Notes: a model not told the origin generated them from the letters alone. A DNA stretch of 64,000 bases from Lingula anatina (GCA_051362555.1 CM120649.1:14508001-14572000), one strand, 5' to 3'; shown: positions 11,101-25,708, counted from the first letter of the stretch. Translations and numbers: made by a program.

Positions 11101-13531
11101 TTAGCGCAGCATCTATAAAAGATTGATTGGTGAGAAGCCAATTAGAAGAAGGAAAACAATAGACGTGACACTTTAACTAGGTGTCACTTTGGGTTGGAGA
11201 CAATCATTTAATGACATGTAGGAACAATTTAATGGGGCCTTAGCAAGCGGCTGGTCATCCCCTTAGGTTAGACGCAGATTTTATGCCCATTTTAGTTTTC
11301 ATAGAAAATGACCAATGAGGAGAAGTAATCAGTTATGAATGTATAGATAGCCATCAGTTGTATTGGATGTCAATGAAATTAAAATATTACATATATAAAA
11401 AATTTTGGGCTTTTAAGAAAGTTTTTTGATTACTTCTATTTTGTCAAAGTGGGGAGAGCTATGAATTTTGATCAACTAAACTACTAAATGTATTTTACAG
11501 ATATTCACAGGTATGACACATTAAAATTTTTCTACAAGTACATATATCTATAACATGTGGCAGAATTTGGTGAAATCTTTGTAACCTGCTTCAAAAAGGC
11601 AGATATCTTAGACATGTTCATTAAAGTCATACCACAGATAGGGTCAAAGATGCACCTTGGCAACCACAAACCATCTGCCTGACTCTGTCATACATGAAAT
11701 GACAGGTTCGTAGAAAAGACAGCTGCAGAAAACATATAAAAAATAACCGTTTCATGATTCAAAATTTGCTTTTCAACTGAATAAATGTTACAGAGTAAAA
11801 GATAATTGACATTGTTTTGATGATGTGAAAAATAATGCTTTGAAATATTTTATACCTAAATTATTCATAATGTAAAATAAATTATCTCAATCTATCCCTG
11901 TGTCTGTCATTCTTTGTTTCATTCTTTCCATCTTTCACCATCCTTGGGAACTGTAAAAATACTTCATTGCTATTTGCATTTTCACTCCTAGGGTAGGTTA
12001 TGACAGCTATTATCTGGTCTATTTTTCTTGTTCCAGCCTCAAGGCTGCCATTTTGATAGGTTTTGACCCTCAGATGAGAAAATATGGCAGACAGAAGTCT
12101 TTATTACCCGTTATATCTGATCTGACCTTGCAAAGCACAACATTGTCTGTGTTGTATTTTGATAAAAGATAAAGAATTCTAATTAATTTGATAAAAAATT
12201 AGATTTAAAATCTCACACCAATTGCTATCCAATAGTGATCATGGATTTTCCTCCCAAATTTTCCTTTCCCTTTATCACCTAATTTTTCTACCCATGGAAG
12301 AGCTTTCTAAACTTTTTCCCCCATTCTCAGCTGGTAAAGAAAGCATTTTATATCACTCCCTTTTCTTGATCTGAAGTTTTCCTAGTCAAAAAATTCACTG
12401 AAAAATGCAACCTCCCTTTGAAACTGACATTCATGAAAACCCGCAAGAAACCCAAGATGGTGACACTACGAAAGAAGATTACTAAGTGCATGCATTGCAT
12501 TTCTGGGGAGTGTAAGGTTCTTTGAACATGAGCCTTTCACTATCAGAGCAGAATTTCTCAGCCATTAGTCTCACAATGTCTTACAAATTGGAACATCGTT
12601 TTTCCGTAAATGTTCCTGACGTTGGTTTACCAGCTAAAAAGCCAGACACAGCTGAATCTGTAAGAATATCTCCTCCTCTGGAACGGTGATGGGGTTTAAA
12701 GCACTACTTCCTGTGATAGTAAAGAATTGCATGTGTATCAGGAGACACTGGTTTTGTTTTAGTGATAAAGGGTAAACTGTGGTGCCATTTTTTTTACAAA
12801 TGAACTGAAAAGGACAGTAATTTGGTTTAAACTTTTTTCTTAACATTAGACCAAACCTATTTGCTGTACAGATAATATAATTTATATGTTATCGGATTTA
12901 AAGCCTTTCTAGTTTTAGTGATAAGAATTTAACTTGTGGCCTGTTGTGAAAAAATCCAAGGTTTGATCTGCACTTTCAAATCAAATTTAATTGAAATTTT
13001 GTCTACTGGTGGTTTATAATGAGAAAAGACTTTTTTTTTAGACAAATGGTTATTTTATTTTTATTAGTGGACTACTGATACGTTTGATCTAAAATAACTT
13101 GTGAGTCTTTCTCTTATGTTTTGGTGATTTTAGCAATAAATCTGCTGTTCACCACTTATAATATATTTATCCATGGTTTCCACCATATATTTGTTAGCAT
13201 GGTGAATTATTTGGTTTACCTCTTCTCCATCTTATCTCCTTTTATTTATTTTTTAACAACAGACCTTAAAGTCACTTTTAGAGCTTTTTCATGTTTACAC
13301 ACAACTTTTTTGTTCCATTTTATGACTTTGGAGTGCTTAAAAATCACACACAGCTTTGTGATGTGTTAGTTTAAAAGTGATGGTCTTTGTTCTGTGGTTC
13401 ACGCGTCAAATGAAAAAATGACAGTTATGATTGCAGGGGCTGGTGAGCGCTGGTGGGAAAAAAACGTATGCTGCAGACAGCAAGAGAAAGACCTTTGTTA
13501 CAGTGATATTTTATGGTCTCTATCCCTACCC

Positions 13532-13534
<3 letters not shown>

Positions 13535-13601
<67 letters not shown>
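13535..13601. repeat. Compound (CT)n(CA)n microsatellite
   Basis: Pure CT run directly followed by a CA run. Confidence 0.95.
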
Positions 13602-13602
<1 letters not shown>

Positions 13603-13680
13603 TTTGAATTAACATGTTACTGATTTCTCTCTCTCATATCACCTGTCACTAGTTTTTCTAAAACTAAAAAACAAACCCAC

Positions 13681-14050
13681 CTTAGTAGTACGTCTAACCT
13701 TGTTCTGCAGTTTAATATCATCTTCCAAATATGATAGACTAATTTTCATGAAGTAAATCTTTAAAATATATCTCATAACTGAATCCCTGGTCTATTCTCC
13801 ATGGTAATATTCCTCCACTGATCCACACGCTAACTAATACAGGCTTCTACCTTGTCCCTAACAAAACAAATCCTTAATAACATAAATATTGCCAGAAACC
13901 ACACCGCAGCTATATTTCACCAGAAATGTGTGCGAGGCTGTCGTAATAACATAATAATGAAGGTGCGACTGTGAGGTGTTTTAAAGGGGAAAAGGAGGGA
14001 CGCTGAGGCTTTTTAATGCACCCAAGCGTCTTTGTCCTCTTTCCCCATTG
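13681..14050 (-). promoter_or_regulatory. Candidate core promoter and non-coding first exon of the LRR gene
   Basis: On the minus strand: CCAAT (~14050-14046), TATA-like TTTAAAA (13985-13979), Inr-like TCATT (13960-13956) ~27 nt downstream, and a donor AAG|GTGGGT at 13681/13680. Inferred from motifs only. Confidence 0.3.
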
Positions 14051-15027
14051 GACCTCCCATTGCCTGTGTTTTCATTAGAATTAGACATAATGTGTGTGTA
14101 TGTGATGGTGTGGTTACATACATTTCACAGCGTAGTTTGTTTTTACATGGGAAGTTGTTTGTGGTGGAAGGTGTAGTGGATGTTAAGAGGCAATCGAGCC
14201 TGCCTGTATACTCTCTCGCCTCTGTGAGTTTATTTTCGATGGATTAAGGGCTCAGGGGTGTCTTCTGGACATGGTACAATTGGACGTGGGAAATATTGAA
14301 GGAGGCGGTATTATTGGGGGGGGGGGGGGGGGGTGTCTAGATCCAGACACTTTTCTGGTCTGCAAAAAGATGGTCAGAATTTTCATTGAAGATTTTAAAA
14401 GATTTTAAGTATAAATTGAAATATTTTAATTTGAACCAACTGATTTAGGAGACTGACATTTGTTTATGTGATAAGATATGTCTGTGAGAGACCATCATGC
14501 TGATTTATAATTCTAAAATATTCAACTGAAAATCTTTGTTTTATGTGTGGTTTTATCTTAAAGACAAAGTTTACTCTCAGATTTCTGTAATTCCCTAATC
14601 GTGAAAACCCTCCTGTCATTTAGAGAATCTGACACTGTGAGAAAAATTAGAAACCGTTTAAAAAGCCGTAATTTTTTTTTTCTCTCTGGCACTACAGTCC
14701 TTAGTGGTAATCGCTCTATCTCCTCCCTGGCTGTGCCTAATTAGCAGAAACGCAGTCTGTCTTTGCTGGGTTTCCTGTCTCAATGTTTTTACCTAGAGGG
14801 CAGAGGAAGTTGATCCTGATCCATCGCAAGTGTCGTGGAAGATATACCTTGAACTGTTTAAGATTGGAAAACTAGATCTTAGATGGCTTCTTGAGGTTGA
14901 AGGTATTAATATGAGAATAATGACTGTTGTCTGTCTGTCTTTATTTTTCTCTCCTTCTCTCTTCTAAATTTGTTAGTTGTATCAATTTAATAATGGGTAT
15001 ATTTTTCTTGATATTTTTATGTCTGTG

Positions 15028-15028
<1 letters not shown>

Positions 15029-15099
<71 letters not shown>
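15029..15099. repeat. (CA)n microsatellite
   Basis: Long pure CA run. Confidence 0.95.
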
Positions 15100-15103
<4 letters not shown>

Positions 15104-15886
15104 AAGCTACAATTCCTAGTCTTAGCTTTAGAACCTACTCTTAGGAAAACATTTAGATATCATATGCCACTTCAATGAGACTGATGACAGGTTTCCATCC
15201 ACCAATATCAACAGGGCATAGGAACTGTTTATGTATGTCAAGCTCACGAAAACAAGCACCATGAAAATAAAAATAGGCATCCTTAGACACCTGGACAAAA
15301 TATGCTCAATACTATCATTCACTTCACTGATCAAAACCTCCTCTGTGATTCAGCAGTGGCAAAACACCAAAATACATATCCAGGGCCTTAAAAGAGCTCT
15401 ATAGGTTAACAAATCAAGGATAATTCTCAACAAATTATGATTTGATAATATGGGGCCTAAAAAGATTTGGACAGAGGCCCCTAAGTATGGATGATTTCAT
15501 TGGAAGCCATCAAACTCAGGAGACCGATTTCTTTAATATTTCATGAGGCGCAGGGAGTATTTAAAACTAGCTTTGGGTGAAATTCATCTGATATGTTATA
15601 GAAGATGTAATTCATCTATTTGTACATTTATATAGTCTTCACCTGTGTATATAAGTACATAGTGGTTTACACGGCTTATTTGTGTTGGGAAAGTTGTAAG
15701 ATAATTATTTTTATTGGGCCATGGGGTCCTTACCCATAAATGATGTGTAGTTATTTATTTAGTGAGTATGTATAGTTATACCAACTAATTAGTCTGTGGG
15801 ATACCCTGCAGTTATTTTAAGGTACCAGAATTATTTATTCAGATAGCAAATACGTCCGTGTCCTTTTATTATGGAGTTCTTAGACA

Positions 15887-16205
15887 TTAAAGGTACCTGG
15901 TATTGAACCGATTTCGGACAATTTTATCGCTACCCTGGTTTAATGGTAAAGACCAGTGCATGGTTTTATTTGAAAAGTCTTGATAGTCATAAATGTTAAA
16001 GGTACATTGTATTATCAATGAACTTTATTCCAATAATTTTAGTACTACCCCGCATGGTTTTATAATAAAGGCTGGCATTGATTTGCTTTAAGAGTGTAGA
16101 TAAATTTAAATGTTAAAGGTGCCTGGTACTACACTGAATTTCATCAATTTTATTATTATCATGGTTGCACTATAAAGCTTTCTATTATGGTTTGTCTTGA
16201 AATGC
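15887..16205. repeat. Diverged ~110-bp tandem repeat, about 3 units
   Basis: Units start TTAAAGGTACCTGGTATT (15887), TTAAAGGTACATTGTATT (15996) and TTAAAGGTGCCTGGTACT (16113). They share downstream CAATTTT, (C)TGGTT..A.TAAAG and ATGGTTT blocks; periods 109 and 117 bp. Confidence 0.6.
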
Positions 16206-19200
16206 CTGCCTTGATTTTTATTTTTTCACTGGATGAATGATCACAGAATAAAAGCCCATCTTTCAAAAATTAGCCACTTGTTCAAATTGTTAATGCAACA
16301 TTTGGAAGTAGCTTATCCACAATGATGATGAATGAAGGCTGCAGTCTCACGGGGATGCACACCTGAAGGCCGCATTAACGCAGACCTCTGACAGGCTGTG
16401 AAGAACTTTCTTGACCGCGGCTGCTCGTTTGCTCAGCATGCGAATGCGGTCAGTTGGAAAGTTACATCTACGTATGGTCCATTGACCATTCAGTGTGCAT
16501 TCTGTCATTGCGTGTGGACTAGGTAAGAATGTGTACATCGGTTGAAAAGGTTCATTTATGTCTTTTCATTTTGTTTTCTATCACAGCATGTACATATTTG
16601 ATGATCACAGCTTTATACTTCTATGATTGATCAGTTGTCAGTTAGTTACATCTTCTGTCAGAACACACAGACATCAGACAGCTAGGGTTTTTTCAAAATA
16701 TTTTGAGTATTTTTACTATGACCTGTGACCCCTTGTTTTGTGTTCCGTCACAGCATGTTGTCTGTGTCAGATATAGCATGCTGAGTGCGTGCTTATCTGT
16801 GCTCGAGCATGGCACGCAAGGTGGTGTGGCCAGTCAGTAGCCCTTCAGTGTGGCCAGTGCATGTGACCAGCAGGCGTGTGTCTTAATTAGCATGCTTCAA
16901 TACAATACCAGGTAATAGCTAAGTTGTTAATAATATATCTGGTGAAAGTGCACATAATTATGGTGTTTATGGAAACCAGACATATTATTTGTTGTACAGC
17001 TGTGTACCTTTTAAGTAGGTTTCATCAGTTTTTTTTCCCTTTCACTACAAAGCTATGATACAAAAATCCTTAAAAGAATTTCTTTGTTGTTTTTTTTTTG
17101 TTTTTTGTTTAACAAAAAGATGTCTTACCTGATGAGTGGTTTGATCAATATACAAAGTACAGAAAAATCACATCCATATGGAGATCTTTTCAGAAGTGCT
17201 TTTCCCTCCCACGACCATGTATGTATGAACATATGCAAATCAGTCCTTTTGCGACATGCAACAATATATTACCATGTGTGAAGATTTACACGCCATTCTT
17301 TCTGCCATCTTTCCTACTTATCACGCCAACGAGAAACCCAATGTTAACATGCTATGTTTTGATGCCTGATAATATTATAATGTTAACCCAATTGGTCAGT
17401 TTGTAATAAAATACTGACAACTGCATCATGATACCAGTGTCCAACTATTTGGTCATCAGAGAAAAATCCAATACTGACCACTGCATAATAAAACCTCACT
17501 GTCCACCTCTCTGTCCATTATATAATATTCATTATCTTCACTTTAACACTGGTTTTAAGTACTCCCTCACTGTGAAACTTAGACTCTCTGTTTCTGTAAT
17601 AGTTGTTCTAGAGCATAGAGAGTGATTGATGGCAGAGCATCATGCTGTCATGTTGGCGTATTAATAATACAGTTACATGATGTAATACAATATGACAGTG
17701 CCCTGAGCATGGATATTTAGTGGTTTTGTGTAGTATACATACCTTGGGCATGTTTAGATGTTAATTTGTATAAATACACATCTAAGTCAGTCTATGAATG
17801 ATGTCACTTTTCTTAATTTTGATATAGATATATGTGAGGTAATATTGGTATTTTTTTGGGAAACATATGAATAATGACATTTAATACACAGAATAGGGGC
17901 CAGTGGTATTAAGAAAGGGACCAACATGGGTATTTGTAATACCTTATGTGTTGCAGCATACCACAATCCACTGCACCCAATACAGTGAATTATAAAATAG
18001 AGAATTACATCGTCTGATTATAATATGGCACTTGTTAAGTATATCTAACTACGCCCCTCCTTTAAGATGATGCACCCCAGGTCCCTCCCTAGCTCACAAG
18101 ACTCTGTGGTTAAAGTCCTGGTCTCAAATTATACCCCAGATTCTATGCCCCAGCAGGGCATACACATATCCTATTGTTGTTTTATGAAATGAAAGTCGCG
18201 TCAAGGATCGGACAGTTTTACTTGAAAATTGCACGGTATTCACGGGTATGTAATTATAGGATAAACTCCTGTATGGCGGTGTGGGATTGGAAATCTAAAT
18301 GAACTCTCCGAGAACTTCTTTAAATATGGACCGAGGGTCTGAATTAACCCCTGGACTTTGATGTATAAATGTTCTTTTTTTATTTTTTTTGTGTTGTTAA
18401 ATTTTGTGATTAGATGTAATTTTTATTTGATTTGTGCCAAGAATTTTGATTGTTAGATTGCTACATTGATAGATTTTGTGAAGAGTTGCCACTAAGTGCT
18501 GAACACGAATAAGTTTTAGGTTAATGCAACCGACCCTAAAATGCTCCTTTTGTCAATTTTTTTACTCTAATAAGACATCCTCATTGTTTGAAACCAACCC
18601 ATTCAAAAATAACCCTGTTGTAATTTCTTAGGGGGGAAAAACAGGCCCAAAAGCATCAACAATGTTTTCCTTGTCAGACAAATATCGCTACAACGACTAC
18701 ATTGTCTACAGTAGATATCATCTCTGCTCTAAGTTTCCAACTCCCTTGTTCTCCGGCTCCCCTCTTCACTCCGGGTTCCGCCTCTACACAGTTACATGTG
18801 GTTAGGGAAATATTATCATAGCCAGATATACTTGACCCATTGATAAACTGCTGCCTCTGTATACACAGTGAGTTCATGATACTGATATCTCATTGATAAT
18901 GTGATACTATAGTGGAAGAATTGTTCAATTTTACGGGGTTGGGGGAATTAGAAGTAGAATAGTCTGAGTTCTTTGGCATATTTAAAGGTTGTGTTTAACT
19001 CTAAGTGAACTCACCATTGTAAACTAAGATGTTTCAGAGATTCACATTAATGGAAAGCCTTAACTAGCTAGAGCTTTTTAGCACATTTAATATGATAATA
19101 TATTAAGTTTCTTTTTTTAGCTCAGTTGAAAAGCATCATTTTTGTAAGGAATTTTCCATGTCATTATGCAAAGCACCATGCCCAAAAATGACAGATTATT

Positions 19201-21479
19201 TCCATTACCTATTGAATATAAGTATTTAATAGAATATCACAAAATGAATAGAACAACATACTCTATTTTAAACATAACTATTCCACTCAGAAATATCCCT
19301 ATAGCTAGAGAACTCACCCATATCTAGAGATCCCACATCCCTTTGACCTGTCTAATAATACTGTAGTTCCTTTCCATTTTTTATCCACAGAACACTGAAT
19401 CTACTGCAAGTCTCTGGGTTTTGTTTCTGGCACAGAAACATTGATTAAATCCAGGCTAATTAAATTCCCAAAGGTGGATTTGTAATACAGGTATGGCCTA
19501 GGCTTAATTAAACCAGTTTGAAGCAAGGGTTGATTAACTTTGATTTGGGTTTGATTTTAATGTGAGGTGCCATGTGATCAACAGGGTACCAAATTATTGG
19601 AAAAAATGAGAAATATTTTGAAGTCCAAAATTTTAAAAAAAGGAAAAATTTTGACTTTTTTTTTTTTCGACTTTTAAAGCATTTAATGGGTAATATGATA
19701 TCTGCACATGGCTGCGCACGCACACACGTACACACACACAGTGTAGGACTATTTACCTGGAAAGCTCTGCCTTTTCTCATTTATCACACTAATATAGCAT
19801 TGTTATTGACAACCTCTCACCTGATGTAGCAGTCTCCAGTAATAATTCCAAGATCTAGGTGTTCCTGGTAAGTCTTGGCACAAAGGTAAAAATATCTCGT
19901 CTTAACATCCAGTTTCCATTTATCTTTGGAAATAATCCAGCTAAGTCCTCATAAGGTGTGTCCTATTATTCTCTCTATCTTTTTCTTTAGAAAGCTAATA
20001 CATTGTTCTGAATAATTATCTATCTTTTTCAGTATTAGACCAGATCAGTCTTCAATAACTAATACTATAAGTTCTTCCCTGGTTTGCCCTCTGTTACCTC
20101 GTACTACCTGACAGATATGATATGTCTTCAGTGCTGTCAGGGATCTAATGATTCAGTGAAGATGCATGCAGTCCCCCTATGTACTTAAACACCTCAAGCT
20201 TAACACAGCCAGTGTCCTAGCTTAGCTGACCAGAGCCTGCCTTGACCAATAGGATGCCAGTATTAATGCCAAGCCTCCAGCATCTAGCTGACCATTAACG
20301 CTGACCAGTGATATCTTTGTTAATTGGTCATCTCTGAGTATGTGTAGATATATATTGTTAAATATGACAACCTAAAGAAGATGTTATTGTTGAACGCCAC
20401 ACTTATGATGCCATTGTTAGCAGGTGCTTCCAGAACCCATGGAGCTTTGTATCAGTGGTCAAATCTCAAGTGCCCTTTTATTTTGAAAGCTCGTCCTCCT
20501 TGTAACTGTTCGAATCACAACAGTTAGCTTAGAAAATTGAACCACTGACAGGTTCAATACTATTTAATATTTAGGTAATAACTTGGACAGTCAATACCTG
20601 TCCCTTGTGTTTGACCACTACAGAATCAGTGTAATTTATACAACTACTATTCATCTTTGATCCGACTTTGGCCCTAAATCCCTGCTAAGTATCTTTTAAT
20701 CCCTCTCCAATGGACTCGTGTATTTAATCGAACATAAGAAGTATTGGGGAATGGGGGTTAAACCCAATGAGTTGAAGAAAGGGCGGGGACAATGAAGTTA
20801 AGGCCCCTGGGGTGAGCATTAGCCTAAAACGGGGTAAAATAAGATTAGGGGGGTAAAAGAGAGAGACAGTGGATTAGAAGTCAATTTACTGTGGTTGCCA
20901 GCTGACTCTATGGCATTGTGTTTTTGGGAGGATGAAACTAGGGAGCATATGGCTGTCAGGGGGAAGGAGAGATCCCGGTGGCCCTGGATGTAATGTGACT
21001 CTAGGATTATATGTGGTAGAAATCAATGTAATGTTAAAAATTGATTGGGTATAGTTGATGTCACAGTGAAAACAGTTGTATGGTTTTGATGGACTATTTG
21101 CCTTCCTTCCAAGAAAAAAAGATAAGATTAGAAAAATTAAAAACCAATCATTTTGATTTGCCATTGAAATTCTATTGCAAATGTGTTTGATGACTAATTA
21201 TCTTTTTGGCGTTATGGATCGTCACAGAAATAATTGATGGCAAATAAGGAGATAGGATATTTGATCTTTTTGGCTTATGACTGGTCACCGGAAATTTTCA
21301 TCAAAAATAAAAATACCTAATTTTGATATATCTGAATCATCTGCCTTTGAATGATTTTTGGTTCATGTTCCACTATTACTGGCCAACAACAATAGTAAGT
21401 CAAACTATCCTTTGCTAGACTTTATAAAGATCAGTGACAATGACTAACTTGACAATTATGGAAACTTCATTAAATTCGA

Positions 21480-21685
21480 CACTGACAGCCTTTAGCTTTA
21501 AAACCGCACCAAAGGAAAACATTTTAATGACTGACGACAGTTACTTGAACTGCGGTTGGATTCAAACCAGACATAATCACAGGAACTTCATATAGGTACT
21601 GAATACACTGAACCAAAGCACCGACAACGTTTGTGCTAAAGAACTTCACCAAAGGAAAACATTTTAATGGCTGACAACAATTATG
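21480..21685 (-). mobile_element. Degenerate repeat fragment with tRNA-like Pol III A/B boxes and a 140-bp-spaced direct repeat (SINE head or Helentron/pearl-like core)
   Basis: CACCAAAGGAAAACATTTTAATGRCTGAC occurs at 21507 and 21647. Between them, the minus strand carries A-box-like TGGTTCAGTGT and B-box-like GGTTTGAATCC ~36 nt apart. Confidence 0.35.
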
Positions 21686-21852
21686 TGATCCGTATGACCG
21701 ATGAGCTGGTCGCGGGACTTGTTAAGTATCATTCACAGGTGTCAACAAAAGATGGACAAGTTATTTGTCTTGTTATGACTATTTTGGAGGTGGACCGGTC
21801 CCTGGATATTTTGGTCAAGATTTAGGACACTAGGTATAACTGAAAAGGCAAG

Positions 21853-21925
21853 GAGGGGGGTTCAGGGGACTGGGGGGGGGGGGGGTTGAAAGGAATTGTT
21901 CCTTTTTGCTGGAAAAAGTCTGCTA
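21853..21925 (+). mobile_element. Truncated, diverged copy of the 958-1125 MITE family
   Basis: poly-G-TTGAAAGGAATTGTTCCTTTTTGCTGGAAAAAGTCTGCT aligns by eye with poly-G-TCGAAAGAACCGCCCTTTTTGATGGTAAAAGGTCCACT of the 958 element. Confidence 0.45.
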
Positions 21926-23964
21926 AAAATTTACCTCGGTTTTATAATATTTCATAAGTTGTGTCTATTAAGATTTATAAAGAAAAAGACAAGCAAAAAA
22001 AGGAAGATTTAAATGAGTTTATGATGGCAAGCATTGACTTTGAATTCTGATCATATACAAACTGTTATTGTTATTGTTGATTTTTTAAAGAAAAAAGCTT
22101 TGAAAACTTTTGTTGTAAGAGGTAGCAGATCAAACTTAATATTTGTTGATTTTAAAAACACAACTTTGCATGCGGTTCAGACGGCCTCCTTTGAGAACGG
22201 AAGCAACGAAAACTGTTTCTATTTTTCCTGGGCTGAAAAACTGTAAAATAATTGTCATGAATTGTTAAGTCTGGTTATACAGGCCTTTTCAACGGCTTAC
22301 TATCCAAATTCGTGCAGATTAAGGGTCACTTACTCTCCATGATCAAATGCCAATAAGGCATCAATAAATCAATAAGTTTTGACAATGCACCGATATTTTG
22401 ACTGCGAATGGCTAATGGAACAAGCTGTAACCTCTTTTGCAGAGGTCCCAAATAAATGTTGATATCTCAAGGAGCTTGGTGAAATTTTGTTTACAGTATC
22501 ATCTTGTTCATATGGTAAATAATGAACTTAGATAAAAGATTCCCTTTATAAATTTAAGGCATTTTGAAATTATTCTACACATCGATGCCCTTATAACTTG
22601 GTAAAGCTACATTTTGCATTGATCTTTAAGCTAAAAAAAATATTGTGTAAAAGTAATTAAGTTTTGCAAATTTGCATTATAAGTAATTGATAATCAGTTT
22701 TAATCTACACTTAATTAGTTATGATGCTTTAATTTAATTTAACTATCATCATTTTATAATGAGACCTGTTAAAGATAATATGACCCTTGCTCACCAGGAC
22801 CAATAACCATTAACTATTTCTCATAATGACCACTGCAGTCTGATTTAGTGGACATATAAATATAGGGGACATAGAATGTATAGTTAATGATCTGTGCAAT
22901 TACTGGTTACCTTTCACTGTGAATTATATGAGGCAGGTATTTTTCCATTGTGTTCAATTGGTAAGGATTGAACTTTGTTTAATGGTTATGGAATGGAGTT
23001 TATATTACTGACCCTTTGCCCACACACGTATATATGGAAAGAGAAAGAAAAAGAGAGAGATGGGGGGGGGGTCAAGTTATTTAGAGATGAAAACTCCAAT
23101 GCTGAGATGCATGGTTCAACACGTCCAGTAATTGCTTAAAACTTTAAATTTCACCTAACTTTTTTTCCATTTTTACCATTGCTAGTTGCCTAAACAGTTG
23201 CAGAGAATTTTTTATAGAAAAACAACAAATTATAGCCAACTATTGAACACATTTTTCTTCTAAGAAAAGGGCTGAAAAATCAAATGCATCAAAGACAGCT
23301 ATCAATCTTCCTAGTAAAGAACACACATGCTTTCTGTCCTAGCAAATTTTTTTTGATGCACTAGTACTGTACCAACCTCCTAGACTGATACCCCCTGATC
23401 CTTATTAGCCCATGAGCCACGGTCTTAGCTCCCCATTGTTACCTTGCATCTGTTCCACACAAAGACTAAATATTTCAGGAGGTTCGCTCTCGTTCTGACC
23501 CGCTGTGAGGGCAATGGACCCATACAAGTGATAATACTCGTTCTGATTTTACTTCTTGTTATTTTACCCTGGGAGCTTTATTTTCACCTCAATGGATTCT
23601 CTTTTTTAGGAACTCCCCTCCCACTTGATTGTGCCAGAATCACAAAAGATTCCCTTTTTGGTGGGTCTTCGCTGGACTTGATTGCCCGAAAGTCAAACTA
23701 ATTGGCTCCACTTGAATGTGACTGTGTGTTATTTTAGCGTTCTTTATCGTGAGGTAGACTGTATTGTCACCTCGCAATATGGGGGAGGGTTTATTCCCTA
23801 CTCCTTTATTTTACAGCTCATGGATGTCGCAACGGGGACACTTGTTTTCGTTTGAAGGGACTGGTATATATTAAGAATGAGAGTAGGCTTTGTTGGGGAG
23901 TTGTTTGGAAAAAAATGGGTGAAACAAGGTATATATTGTGTGGAAATGTGAATGGTACATCAAT

Positions 23965-23966
<2 letters not shown>

Positions 23967-24011
<45 letters not shown>
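23967..24011. repeat. (AT)n microsatellite
   Basis: Pure AT run. Confidence 0.95.
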
Positions 24012-24017
<6 letters not shown>

Positions 24018-25649
24018 CTAGATACAATTTGCTACTATGTGATAAAAAGCAGAAAAGTTAAAGCTGTTTAAGGTTTTCAACATGACATTGTAAACAAATA
24101 GTCACTACAATACTTTTTTTCATTAACTGCAGTAGATGTACTTAACAGCATTGTAAGAACCAGAACTTTGGTCTCTTTGAAATTAATGTTCAGAATTATG
24201 AACTTACAATTCAGTGTTCTTCTTGTCTTCCAGCACCTATGTTGAGGTTACTTCTGTAGACAGGTTCTGTAAATAAAGTACAAATAATTATGAAAAAATC
24301 AAGTACAAATGATATAGAAAAAAATGATAAGTTGTTGGTCATTTCAGCTTTGCTTACAACATGATTTCAATAGTATTACATTATAATGTATATGCAATAT
24401 CAATTATCAGTCTTTAGTAACACCACAGATGATGAAATAGCATACAGATTCAACCAACTTTTTTGAAAAACTTCGAAACTAACACTAACAGTCAACATGC
24501 ATAGTTAAACTAAACAATACATCCAAATATTTGCAGATCACTCTGTTGTGTTATTTTTCATTAGCCTTTCCAAGGCACCCTGAGTTTCAAAAGTGCCTGG
24601 ACCCTGACACCTCTATATTATGGGTAAAGGCACGAGTTTCCAGAGACCTTTGAAACACAGGGTGGTGGAAGCAGGTGTCATTTTCCATTTCATAAAGATG
24701 AGTAACAACGGACTTAGTGTCTCTTTCACAGAAGGGGGCATATCATATTTAATACTTAATGCGGACCCTTATGTACTTGTTTCAGGACGATTTCTGTCCA
24801 TTTTGCAATGAAATGGAGAAGACCTGATCGTATTTCTCGCACAGAAAGTATTTCTGGCTCAGATAGAAAGTATTGCATAATGTCCGTAGGTGATTCACAA
24901 AGCAAGGATGTACCATGTGCGTGACATTATAGTAGTGTTTTATTGCTGGGTATTTTGAAGATGTTTTGCTTTAAAACCATTGTAGGAGACAAGATAATAA
25001 TTCTGTGTACCTGTGAAACTGATATAGGCTGATTGTAATTGTAACTTGATCAGGAAGCACTTATTTAGATATTGTTTCACTTATTTGCTATTTGAGAAAA
25101 GATGGCAACTGTTTGTTCTGTCTTCTGTATTATTTCTAGCAATTATGAGAAAGTTTTACTAAATTAAGTCAGAGAAGCCAAATTTTATCCAATTGAGAAA
25201 GGATTCCAATTACTATTCAAGCCAGCTTTCAAGGCCAACACTAGTGACTGTCACTTTTCATAATGCACTGTCTATAGAAATATGGGAAGGAGATTCAGTT
25301 TCACTAATATCGGTGGTGAAATTATAGGTTCAGTTAGAGTGAAATAAAGATAATTATATAAGAGATATGCCGGTGCATTCATTAGAATACACAGAGAGCC
25401 AGGAGATGTGACACAGATGACACTGATGCCATGGCCATTACCTGGCAAATGAACTCAAGGTACTCATTATGACATTTAGTATTTAAGATTTGTGATGGGA
25501 TTTCTCCATTTTGTTAGGGAAATTACATGTTGGGTGGTTGCATTATGGGAGAAAGGAAGATTGTTATTATGTATGCTGAGGGGGGCTAAGTGTGTTATTG
25601 TTCGCCTGTTTTATTATATTTCTTTGATGTCTTCCCTTCTCCAACTTGG

Positions 25650-25674
25650 CTCTCTCTTTTTTCTCTCTCTCTTC

Positions 25675-25708
<34 letters not shown>
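25650..25708. repeat. Imperfect (CT)n microsatellite
   Basis: CT-rich simple repeat. Confidence 0.9.

Noticed and set aside
17430-17466. Hammerhead-ribozyme-like CTGATGA plus short stem on the minus strand
   Set aside because: The required GAAA after stem II is absent (ACAC instead), and stems I/III are not evident. Other CTGATGA hits (15181, 17129, 59388) also fail.
21545-21625. Functional tRNA gene
   Set aside because: The A/B boxes are degenerate and no cloverleaf or acceptor stem can be drawn.
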